This document shows positions 7,115 through 15,539 of a stretch of 41,781 bases of DNA, piece after piece. This stretch comes from a virus (lineage: Duplodnaviria > Caudoviricetes), in IMG/VR virus record IMGVR_UViG_3300049854_000029, positions 1 through 41,781 of that record. One strand, 5' to 3'. A program made the position numbers and the translations under genes. Every line of letters starts with the position of its first letter. Position 1 is the stretch's first letter. Under the pieces are notes generated by a model. The model saw only the letters and a list, made by a program, of their open reading frames with translations. It searched no databases and was not told where the DNA came from.

Positions 7115-8113
7115 ATGGCACAAATCATCAAGCGAGGGAATGTGTGGTACAGCGATCTCCGAATTCAAGGGAAACGCGTCCACCGCGCCCTTTCTACAGA
7201 TAAACGTATTGCTCAGATCAAACTTGCCGAGATTATAAAGGACCGGGAGGCCTCGAGACATGGCCATCCGGTCCAGAATATTTCGTGGGAGTCTTTCAGG
7301 GACAAGTTCTTGGAAGAACAGGCCACAAAAGCGCAATCAACATTCGTCATTTACAAGGGAGCCATAAGACACCTAGAAGAATTTGCTCCGATTTATACCC
7401 TCTCCCAAATCACACCTAATCTTCTAACCCAGCTCTTCGTGAAGTGGAAACAAGATAACAGGGGCCTGTACATACGGAACAGGGAAATGCGCGCGATTAA
7501 AACCATGATGCGCCAGGCTGAAGCATTGGGTTACATTGAAAAACGTGACTGGTCATACCCCAAATTCGATAAAGAACCAACCGGGAGACTTCTATGGTAT
7601 ACACCAGAAGAACTCCAGAAGCTCAAGAAAGTCTGTAAGGGAGTCTGGAAGACACTCCTGTATTTATGTTCTAGGGCAGGACTGCGCCGCTCTGAGGCAT
7701 ATTGGTTAGAATGGACTGACGTTGATTTCGAACGGGGGAAGATTCACGTAGCCCCTAAAGATGGGTGGTCTCCAAAAGACCACGAAAGGAGATATGTGGA
7801 CATGACAGACGATCTTAGGGCCTATCTACAAGGCCTTCCAAGGCATTCACAGTGGGTTTTACAGGACAACGGGTCCAGGCCTAACCCGCATACTCTTTCT
7901 GTGTATTTTAGGACGCTTGTGCACAAAGCTGGCCTTAAAGGTCACATCCACGCTCTTAGACATTCCTTTGGTTCTCAACTGGCCTCCGCCGGGGTCAGCA
8001 TTTACGTTATTAGAGATTTGATGGGACACTCGAATGTAGCAACAACCCAAATCTACGCCCACCTCTCACCTGCTTCAAAAGAAGCCGCTGTTCACAAGCT
8101 TCCAAGCATCTAA
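7115..8113 (+). CDS. int: Tyrosine recombinase / phage integrase
   Basis: Catalytic set RAGLRRSE, K, HALRH, MGHS...TTQIY; N-terminal arm-binding-like beta domain. Confidence 0.96.
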   Translation: MAQIIKRGNVWYSDLRIQGKRVHRALSTDKRIAQIKLAEIIKDREASRHGHPVQNISWESFRDKFLEEQATKAQSTFVIYKGAIRHLEEFAPIYTLSQITPNLLTQLFVKWKQDNRGLYIRNREMRAIKTMMRQAEALGYIEKRDWSYPKFDKEPTGRLLWYTPEELQKLKKVCKGVWKTLLYLCSRAGLRRSEAYWLEWTDVDFERGKIHVAPKDGWSPKDHERRYVDMTDDLRAYLQGLPRHSQWVLQDNGSRPNPHTLSVYFRTLVHKAGLKGHIHALRHSFGSQLASAGVSIYVIRDLMGHSNVATTQIYAHLSPASKEAAVHKLPSI

Positions 8114-8125
8114 AGAGCGATCCGG

Positions 8126-8322
8126 CAAAAGCGGAACCAAAAGCGGAACCAGTCTCGACGGAAAAGAATTCCCACGGCGGGAGTTCACGAGGGAGCCCCC
8201 TCCTCTCCTCTAAGATCCCCTAAAACACCCCTTTTCCGTCGGTAAACCCCATAATTCTAGGTAAAGCCAAATAACACCCATTCCGCACCCACCGGAACCA
8301 AAGCGGAACCAAACTGGAACCA
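8126..8322. repeat. attP-like region: two clusters of (G)CGGAACCA arm-type repeats
   Basis: GCGGAACCA at 8131 and 8143; CGGAACCA at 8293, GCGGAACCA at 8303, TGGAACCA at 8315; intergenic, just downstream of int. Confidence 0.75.
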
Positions 8323-8337
8323 CGTTCCTGGCCCAAC

Positions 8338-8964
8338 TTAGAACAGTTTGGCACCCAATTTTGTCTTAACTTTTAAGAAATTGAAGATGATGGTGAGGAG
8401 CCCTGTCAGTGCCCCGGTGAGCCACATCTCAAGCTGTGCCGGGTCTATGGTAACCCCCATAGAAGCCAAAATAGGGGCAACCTTGATTGATGTGAGCCAA
8501 GATAGGGCCACTGTGACGATTGCCTTGATTCCTTTCTTTAGTGCCACTGTAAACAGCCAAACTTTGACTGGTGTCAATATTCCCATGCTAGTCTCCTTTG
8601 TCGAAGTGTCTCTTTCCCCGTCTGGCGGGAACCACCTGGTCGCCAAGGTAGGGAAAACACAGTAAAGATCAACGTCATCCCACCGAGTTCCAAATCTCCA
8701 ATGTCTGCCACCCTTCAACGTGAAGGCCACGTAAAGGCCCCAGAATGCCCAGAAAGGGGCCTGTGGGAAGAAGCTGACCTGGTAGCTCCCCGGTTCCCCT
8801 ATTGGCAAGGGATACCCATCCTTCTCCCTCGTCTGGTTCCCCCACAGAAAGGTCGGTTTCCCCCAGCACCATGCAGTCCAGCCCCGGGGGATGTACTTGA
8901 AGGGCCCCCACCAGTCCCAATGCCTTGTATCCCTTAAATGAGGCGGAAGACAGTCTTTTGGCAT
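8338..8964 (-). CDS. Trp-rich hypothetical domain in frame with a C-terminal holin-like domain (internal start at 8586)
   Basis: The ORF is continuous. The last 82 aa have 2-3 hydrophobic segments, a basic tail and their own AAAGGAG RBS. Confidence 0.65.
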   Translation of the reverse strand: MPKDCLPPHLRDTRHWDWWGPFKYIPRGWTAWCWGKPTFLWGNQTREKDGYPLPIGEPGSYQVSFFPQAPFWAFWGLYVAFTLKGGRHWRFGTRWDDVDLYCVFPTLATRWFPPDGERDTSTKETSMGILTPVKVWLFTVALKKGIKAIVTVALSWLTSIKVAPILASMGVTIDPAQLEMWLTGALTGLLTIIFNFLKVKTKLGAKLF

Positions 8965-8971
8965 GATACAC

Positions 8972-9583
8972 CTAAATCCTGGACCGCCTCTCGCTGTGCC
9001 ATTTGCCAGACCTGTCCCTCCAAAACTTGCCAAACCGGGCGATCATCCCGTTCGTAAGGGGATTACTCTTTTTGTGCGTGTCACAAACAGAGTTGATCTT
9101 TTTGGTTATGTACTCGTCTAAGAGTGCCGGGTTTACAAGCTGGGGCTTCTCCCAGAGATAATCTATGATCTCGAACCATTGCCAGGTGATCACCTTCTCC
9201 GCCTGCTTGTACCTCTCAATCTGGATCTCCATCTGGTCAGTGATAGACTTTCTCATCAACTTGAAACAGCGACACCCTCCCTTGGGATAAGAGTCAGACC
9301 TACAGCAGAGCTCGCTTTGCCACTGATGGAAGGATTTCCCGTCATGCTCAGCCCTGAAATGTTTCATGAGCTTCTTGTCACCCAGAAACGAGACCGGATT
9401 TGGCTTGTGATACTCGTCACAGAGATCGTTGAAGAACTTCCTGTTCCTGCGTATCAGCTCTGGAGAGACAAGCCATATGTTCTCCATAACCGTGTCAATA
9501 ATGTCCAAACCCATATAGTCTTCTTCTTTACTTATTCTCTTTGTCTGCTCCAGCCACTCCATTAAAGAATTGCCTTGTGCCAC
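8972..9583 (-). CDS. Hypothetical protein
   Basis: ORF track; AAGGAG RBS before GTG. Confidence 0.7.
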   Translation of the reverse strand: MAQGNSLMEWLEQTKRISKEEDYMGLDIIDTVMENIWLVSPELIRRNRKFFNDLCDEYHKPNPVSFLGDKKLMKHFRAEHDGKSFHQWQSELCCRSDSYPKGGCRCFKLMRKSITDQMEIQIERYKQAEKVITWQWFEIIDYLWEKPQLVNPALLDEYITKKINSVCDTHKKSNPLTNGMIARFGKFWRDRSGKWHSERRSRI

Positions 9584-9592
9584 ATTTTCTCC

Positions 9593-9952
9593 TTATGGTA
9601 TGGCCTTAAAGAGGAAACTTAAAATACCTCCAACAACCCCCGAAAAGGCCACCCAGAAAACCCATTTGTGTATGACTTTTACCTGCTCTGAAAGCATCAT
9701 AATGATCTGCTGCTTCTTCTCTAAGTCCACTGCCAAAGACGAAACTTGGTTGACTAGGTCCATGACCTTCTCTAAGGTCTTCTGTCCTGTGACGGCCACC
9801 CCATTGTCCACCCGGTCAGTCACCCTATCAATCCGCACTTTGATCTCTGACATTTGTTCGTTTATGCGACCCATGTCAGTCTTGATTTTTTCGATCTTGT
9901 CATCGGCCAGCCGGAATAGGAGAAACTCTTTTGGCGACTCGTCAACCATCAC
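9593..9952 (-). CDS. Coiled-coil protein with C-terminal TM helix (holin/XhlA-like lysis accessory)
   Basis: Heptad-rich body followed by WVFWVAFSGVVGGILSFLF; adjacent to the endolysin. Confidence 0.7.
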   Translation of the reverse strand: MMVDESPKEFLLFRLADDKIEKIKTDMGRINEQMSEIKVRIDRVTDRVDNGVAVTGQKTLEKVMDLVNQVSSLAVDLEKKQQIIMMLSEQVKVIHKWVFWVAFSGVVGGILSFLFKAIP

Positions 9953-10012
9953 TTCTTCCTCTTACAGCCGCCAAAGCGAATGGTGATCTTCAGGATGTAC
10001 CCATCGAGGAGT

Positions 10013-10468
10013 TTAAGAAGATAGTGCAACACGGAACTTGTCCAGATTGAACAGTTTACCCGGACAGCTCTTCCTCTGGTCCGGGGTGAGCCCTGCCATG
10101 GCCTGGGCTTCTCTGTGACCTATAACTCGGCTTGGATCAATCCCGTGATCCTCCATAAGCCACTGGCAAAGACCGACTGCCTTTTCCCACATGTCTATTG
10201 GAGGAGGTGCTATATCAAAATTTCCGATGAGACAAATCCCGTAAGCTTTCTTGTTCATTTCTCCGTGGCAGTGTGCGCCAACCTGGTCTGGCATTCTGCC
10301 AAAAAGGATCTCAACGTCCGGCCCGACACGGTCCAGTAAAAAGTGGTATCCCACATCTTTCCATCCAAGCGACTTATGATAAGCCCGGATAGCAGGAACG
10401 TCTAAGGTCCCATGATCTGTAGAGAAACTATGGTGAAGAACGACATATGACTTGGAAACGTTACTCAC
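10013..10468 (-). CDS. Endolysin, N-acetylmuramoyl-L-alanine amidase (Amidase_2, T7 lysozyme-like)
   Basis: VVLHHS, GWKDVGYHF, GAHC, GICLIGNF, GHRE and KSCPG motifs. Confidence 0.93.
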   Translation of the reverse strand: MSNVSKSYVVLHHSFSTDHGTLDVPAIRAYHKSLGWKDVGYHFLLDRVGPDVEILFGRMPDQVGAHCHGEMNKKAYGICLIGNFDIAPPPIDMWEKAVGLCQWLMEDHGIDPSRVIGHREAQAMAGLTPDQRKSCPGKLFNLDKFRVALSS

Positions 10469-10643
10469 CGGGACTCCATGCTTTCATTTCTCTCAAATGT
10501 CTCATGCTCTCATCTGCACATTCCCGACACATGTCTTTGTCTCTGTTGCGAATCTCTGTGATCATGTATGACCCAATGGGCTTGCCGGTCACCGAGTTGA
10601 AGTACCGCCCACAAAGCCTGCAAACCAAATAGTCCGAGTTCAT
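10461..10643 (-). CDS. Small Zn-ribbon protein
   Basis: CRLCG...CREC; GAGGTG RBS before ATG at 10643. Confidence 0.6.
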   Translation of the reverse strand: MNSDYLVCRLCGRYFNSVTGKPIGSYMITEIRNRDKDMCRECADESMRHLREMKAWSPGE

Positions 10644-10651
10644 GTCACCTC

Positions 10652-11881
10652 TTATTGGATTTTCGCAATTCTTAAATATACTGTTGAAGCCCCTTCTGAT
10701 GTTGTCTCGTCTCCGTCGGAATCTATATAGACATAAATGGACACTGTTTGCCCCGCTGTGAGATATAAAGGGACCGACAAGGATGGGGTGGCGTTCCAAC
10801 CAGTACCAGCGGAATTGTATGTTTGAACTGTTATTGTCCCGCTTACTTTTATCCACATTCCATATCTTGATTGATCTGCCACACCGTCAAAAACAACAGC
10901 TGATGAAACCATATAGACTCCGGCCACTGTTGCTGTAAAAGAGTCCGTTGTAACACTAAATTCGTTTTGTGTATCCGTCACTTCCGTGTCCCAATTTACT
11001 AGGGTCCAAGCAGCATCTGGAATGGTTTGATTGTTTGCTTGATAGACGGATACATATGATTGAGAAGACATTGAGACAATGCCAGCGGTATTGATGGTTA
11101 ATACATCGCCAACGCCATTAAAAGTATTACTATTCACTTTGCAAACTATTGATTTACCTTCTCCACTTTGAAGGACTAAAGCAGACTGGTTATACCCAAT
11201 TTGGTTACCGTTACTGTTTCTAAGGGTGATGAAATGATTATTATTTGTCCCGTCTCCTAGAACAAGAGCCTCGCCATTTCCAGTAGAATTAGCGGTGATA
11301 GGATCAACTACTGTAAGACCCCCTGACGTATTGATTTGCATCAAAAGATCTCCATTGCTGTTTTTCCAATTCAGATCTCTGGAGGTTTGAATGACTGAAA
11401 GCGCAGTGCCGGTATTCCTAAAATAAAGGACCGGGCTATATGTGTTGGAACCATTCGCATCAATCGTGAGAGTCACATTTCCGAGGGTACCTCCTCTGTT
11501 GACGGTCAATTTCCCGTTGGCTGTAGTAGTTCCAATGCAAACACTCCCGTCACCAAAAACAGAAAAAATATTTCCAGTTGTATCGTCTTGCGAAGATACA
11601 GAGACAATGAAATCCGACGGAGCATGGTTGGACACAATGTCCAGCATTGCATCTGGGGTTGTATCGTTTATTCCGATGTGACCATCCACACTCAAATTGT
11701 TGTCAATGTCCAGGTTCCCAGAGATCCGCTTCAAGCTGAAGATGTTTTGCTCTAAACGAGAAAAGTTCCTGTTGATGGCTGAGGTGTCGTTCTTGTTGTA
11801 CCTGTCTGTAATCACTTGCATCTGACCAGCCCAGACAGCGAGAGGAACCAGGAGGGCTAGAAGAAGAAAGGTGCGTTTCAT
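10652..11881 (-). CDS. Tail fibre/spike-like protein with N-terminal signal peptide and C-terminal C1q-like domain
   Basis: Start at an ATGA overlap: MKRTFLLLALLVPLAVWA; GxIGIxTTxP fibre repeats; C-terminus FTATVAGVYMVS...LYLTAGQTVSIYV. Confidence 0.75.
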   Translation of the reverse strand: MKRTFLLLALLVPLAVWAGQMQVITDRYNKNDTSAINRNFSRLEQNIFSLKRISGNLDIDNNLSVDGHIGINDTTPDAMLDIVSNHAPSDFIVSVSSQDDTTGNIFSVFGDGSVCIGTTTANGKLTVNRGGTLGNVTLTIDANGSNTYSPVLYFRNTGTALSVIQTSRDLNWKNSNGDLLMQINTSGGLTVVDPITANSTGNGEALVLGDGTNNNHFITLRNSNGNQIGYNQSALVLQSGEGKSIVCKVNSNTFNGVGDVLTINTAGIVSMSSQSYVSVYQANNQTIPDAAWTLVNWDTEVTDTQNEFSVTTDSFTATVAGVYMVSSAVVFDGVADQSRYGMWIKVSGTITVQTYNSAGTGWNATPSLSVPLYLTAGQTVSIYVYIDSDGDETTSEGASTVYLRIAKIQ

Positions 11882-13332
11882 TGGCGTTGCCTTTTTTTGT
11901 TGAGATAGTATTGGTATCCCATAGTTCCACCGGCAGTCATGGCAGGAGGAAGAGAAGCAACTGGCCACGCCAACTTGGTAAGATTTGCACCTATTCCCGC
12001 TCCCCGATTCCGTAGGCCTTGTAGAATTCCCAATGTCGTGAGAGCCCTACCTACGTTCCCAGACGCCAACTGGGCAGACCCAATGATGATAGAAGGTAAG
12101 CTGAACATGTTGTTCCCCTTCTCCCCCGTGAGTTTTTGCATGATTCCAGTCTTAGCATGCCTGGCAAGACCATAGTTTTTCTTTGCCTGGAGATATCTTG
12201 AAGCCATCTCTTCTCCTTCGGGGCCAAATCTTGACGCATTTCTCTCAACTTCCCCAGAAACTATAACGTCCATCCGGTCATATGCTTTCCTGTAAACTTT
12301 CGTGGCGGGGTCTTTGGAATCACCACGAAAGCCTGTGTTTCCCCATCTCTTTTGAAGTTGTTGGGCTTGGGCAATAGAAAGCGGGCGAGTTCCATCTTTT
12401 GTGAGCCTATTTATGTCGTCAGTAATAGACTTCATGGCGGCTTCTTCTTCCGCAAAGACAGGTTTGATTTCTGAAGCAAGTGCATGGTCCAATTTCTTTC
12501 CTTCCATTTGTGCCCCAAGTGCATCGGCTTGGGATATCACATCTTCCATTTTGCTCCATTCGGCGTTCAAGATATCATCAACTGCGTTCTTCGTTGATTG
12601 GATGCTGCCGGTTTTCGATATGAGACCTTCGTCTCGTAGAAACCTTGAGGACTCTTGTGCCCTCCTTACGAGGCGTTCTGTCTCTGCTGTGTTGCCAAGT
12701 TTGTGCATCGTAGATTTATTGAATCCTGCATGGCGCATCGCTAGATTCTCTCCAGCCAGGTCAACCTTCTTCCCACCCAATGGAATCATCCCAGACAATG
12801 TTCCAAGGGCCGCCTGCTGAATGAGATTACTGACCTGGTCACCCATTTTCTTGTCCAAGCCTGGAATTGGAATCCTTGGCAGTTCTTTGTTTACAAAGGG
12901 AATCGGGACAGGCACTTTAGGAGCCACCTCTGCTCCGAGGTAATGTCTTCCAATTTGCCTGGCAGATTCTCCCGCCGCAGCTCCCAACCCTGCCAACCCG
13001 CCAGCCCCTGCAAGCCCTATTCCCCCAGTGGAAGCTGCACCAATAACAGGGAAAGCTACTGTTCCTACTGCGGGGGCAGCTTCGAGAACATCCAACGCCG
13101 CCTGTTTTGGGTTTTGAACGATTCTTTTAATATCTTCACTTGCTGCTTTTGCCCTGAATGGGAGCGTCATCTTGAGCGCATTCCTCGCTCCCAGTCCTAC
13201 TCCTTGCTTTATTTGTTGCCATAGACTGGGCTTTTCTTCTGGTTGGGAAACAATTCCAAGTTCTTCATTGGTCGGAGGTGAATCCATCCACGAGAGCTCC
13301 TGTTTTGTCGGAGGAGAATCGTTCCAAGCCAT
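11878..13332 (-). CDS. Putative internal virion/DNA ejection protein
   Basis: A/G-rich helical protein with hydrophobic GxxxG stretches; third of three ORFs after the tail hub. Confidence 0.6.
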   Translation of the reverse strand: MAWNDSPPTKQELSWMDSPPTNEELGIVSQPEEKPSLWQQIKQGVGLGARNALKMTLPFRAKAASEDIKRIVQNPKQAALDVLEAAPAVGTVAFPVIGAASTGGIGLAGAGGLAGLGAAAGESARQIGRHYLGAEVAPKVPVPIPFVNKELPRIPIPGLDKKMGDQVSNLIQQAALGTLSGMIPLGGKKVDLAGENLAMRHAGFNKSTMHKLGNTAETERLVRRAQESSRFLRDEGLISKTGSIQSTKNAVDDILNAEWSKMEDVISQADALGAQMEGKKLDHALASEIKPVFAEEEAAMKSITDDINRLTKDGTRPLSIAQAQQLQKRWGNTGFRGDSKDPATKVYRKAYDRMDVIVSGEVERNASRFGPEGEEMASRYLQAKKNYGLARHAKTGIMQKLTGEKGNNMFSLPSIIIGSAQLASGNVGRALTTLGILQGLRNRGAGIGANLTKLAWPVASLPPAMTAGGTMGYQYYLNKKRQRQ

Positions 13333-13333
13333 C

Positions 13334-14389
13334 TTATTTTCCTCCTCGCCTGAGTTTGATTTGGTTGGCTTGTTCGGGACTTATTCCATATTTTGTGGCG
13401 TATTCAATGACATCTGAAGAAAATTGCACCGGCATTGGGTTTCCACCTGGGGTTGGCTGGGCGGGTTTGCCAGTAAGTGCTCCATAGGTACTTTCTGCCG
13501 CCTTTAGTTTCTCTGAGATCATGAGTTGCACATTGGTCATAGCAATATCTCTTTCCACCTGGGACATATTAGGCAGAGCACCGTAAACCTGATTGAGGTA
13601 CATTCGTTCGCTGTCTGAAAGTTGCCCTCCGAACGTTGACTTGAGAACCTGTGCAACCTGCGCCTGCATTGTGTTCACCACATCTGCCGTATTTTTGAAG
13701 GTTGGATCGTCCTTCCCTTTATTGAGCAGCGATTTCACTTTGAATGTGGCCCCACCGATAGCACCTCCATAGGAATTCTTGTTCAGTTCCTGGACTCTCG
13801 AAATCTCAGACAAGACTCCTTCAACCATGGGACGAACCTTTGAAAGATCTATTTGTGCCTTGACCTCTGCCTTGGCTTTCTCTCTTTGTTTTGTTGCCTC
13901 GTATGGAGATAGAGGAGCTGGCTTAGCGGCCTTGAGTTGCGGAACCGGGGCCACAGGTGCCTGTTCAACAGGTGGCTCCACCATTTGTCTTGGAAGTGAG
14001 TTGTAGCGTTGAATGCCAATGGATTTCAGGACATCCAACGGAGTGGGCTGAGCGGCCAAGGGAAGCTGTGTTTCTGGCATTGCCCCAGCCAAAAGTGCCT
14101 GTTCCTGTGGTGTAGGGGTCGTTCCCGGAAGCTCATTGACAGTTGTTGGAAGCGGTGCCCCAGTCCCATACTGGGCCACACCAGACCTTTGATCCTCAGC
14201 CAACTGCTGGTCGAGTTGCCTGTTCCGAATCTCCAACTGCTTCAATGCTATCTCGTTCTGTTTCTTCTTCAGGTTGTACTCCATCAACAGCTCAGGAAGA
14301 TTTGCTATTGATTTCCCCAGCGTCTCATTCAACGCTGCATACTTAGACGCTGGTGGACCGAAATTAGGTGGTTGAAATTGTAACGCCAT
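13334..14389 (-). CDS. Putative DNA ejection protein
   Basis: Pro/Gln-rich linker and GGQLSDSER motif; podovirus synteny. Confidence 0.6.
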   Translation of the reverse strand: MALQFQPPNFGPPASKYAALNETLGKSIANLPELLMEYNLKKKQNEIALKQLEIRNRQLDQQLAEDQRSGVAQYGTGAPLPTTVNELPGTTPTPQEQALLAGAMPETQLPLAAQPTPLDVLKSIGIQRYNSLPRQMVEPPVEQAPVAPVPQLKAAKPAPLSPYEATKQREKAKAEVKAQIDLSKVRPMVEGVLSEISRVQELNKNSYGGAIGGATFKVKSLLNKGKDDPTFKNTADVVNTMQAQVAQVLKSTFGGQLSDSERMYLNQVYGALPNMSQVERDIAMTNVQLMISEKLKAAESTYGALTGKPAQPTPGGNPMPVQFSSDVIEYATKYGISPEQANQIKLRRGGK

Positions 14390-14404
14390 ATGAGTGGTCT
14401 CCTT

Positions 14405-15526
14405 TTAGCCCCGTTTCATCAATGCTGTCGTGGCTGCTGAAGCAATATTTCCCGCAATGCCATATAACCCAGCTTTGTCTTGGGCTTTCATCTGTTGCCG
14501 CAAATAGTTGTTGTAATCGCTCTGCTGCCTGTAATAGTCCTCAATCTGCTGGGCTCGGCTGAGTGTCCGTTCTGCCTGTTGGTATGGGTACATAGCTTGA
14601 TAGTTTGTTAGGGCAGATTTAGCTTGATAATCTGGCGCACTGTCTCTCAAGTATTGGTCGTAAGCTTTGCCTTGCGTCCCAAGATAGTCTTCCCTGTTAT
14701 ACCCAAGCCCGCGCACAGCATCTTCGTACTGAAGCCCTGACATGTAGCTCTCACGGTTTTTGGACAGATCTGCTCTGGCGTTGGCTATGGCAGAATCTAA
14801 CCCAGAAGAGTTTATACGCCCGCTTCTCATGTACTCGGCAATGATTTGAGGAGTGGACCTCTTGAACGCTTCTTCCTCGGTTGCCAGCATCTGGGTCTGA
14901 AGTGCGTTTCTGGCAGCCTCGGCTTCTGTCGTGTACTTTTGCTGTTGGATGGTGTTTTGTTGTTCCAGGTACTCAGGGCTCTGCTTGAGCAGGTTTCCCA
15001 TCTCGTAGTTGGACATACCCCCAGCGATCTGGTCTGAGAAATAGTCCAGCTCGTCCTGGGTGGGGTCTCTGCCAATAATGCTCTTGAACGTGGCCGCAGC
15101 GTTGGTCTGATACCCTACCGTTTTGTCTGAAACAATCTTCTCACCTGTGAACGGGTCTTTTGTGGGGTCGCTCTGGGACTTGAGGGAAGCATTCCCAAGC
15201 TGAGTGACGATATGGTCGACGGCTGTCTCACTTATCCCATTTGAAAACCCGCCGCCATTGGCTTTCTTTGCAACCTCGAAAGCCTGTTGAGGTGTAAGGG
15301 TTAGACCATAGTCAGTAGCGTATGTCTGCGCCTGGGAAATGAGCCCTTGGATTGCACCCATAACTTCCCGGCCACGTTCGTTGTAATTCTTTGACCCTGC
15401 TGACCCATATACAAATTCCCAATCCTTTGCTGTTGGAGGCTCACCAAACGTAGCCTGCCATTCCTGCTCGAAAAGAGCTTTTTGTCCTTCTGGATCGTTA
15501 TGTGCTCCTGAACCGCTTGCTCCCAT
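14405..15526 (-). CDS. Putative DNA ejection (pilot) protein
   Basis: Q/A/Y-rich helical protein with an MG(S/A) N-terminus and a G/A-rich C-terminus; synteny. Confidence 0.6.
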   Translation of the reverse strand: MGASGSGAHNDPEGQKALFEQEWQATFGEPPTAKDWEFVYGSAGSKNYNERGREVMGAIQGLISQAQTYATDYGLTLTPQQAFEVAKKANGGGFSNGISETAVDHIVTQLGNASLKSQSDPTKDPFTGEKIVSDKTVGYQTNAAATFKSIIGRDPTQDELDYFSDQIAGGMSNYEMGNLLKQSPEYLEQQNTIQQQKYTTEAEAARNALQTQMLATEEEAFKRSTPQIIAEYMRSGRINSSGLDSAIANARADLSKNRESYMSGLQYEDAVRGLGYNREDYLGTQGKAYDQYLRDSAPDYQAKSALTNYQAMYPYQQAERTLSRAQQIEDYYRQQSDYNNYLRQQMKAQDKAGLYGIAGNIASAATTALMKRG

Positions 15527-15539
15527 CTTAGTTCTCCTT

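Noticed and set aside
8245-8262. CCCATAA as a tRNA-Met anticodon-loop att core
   Set aside because: No flanking tRNA half is present, and it is too short to support.
8126-8322. GCGGAACCA repeats as a CRISPR array
   Set aside because: The repeats are 8-12 bp with no spacers, which fits integrase arm sites. The Cas4-like nuclease is in a recombination context.
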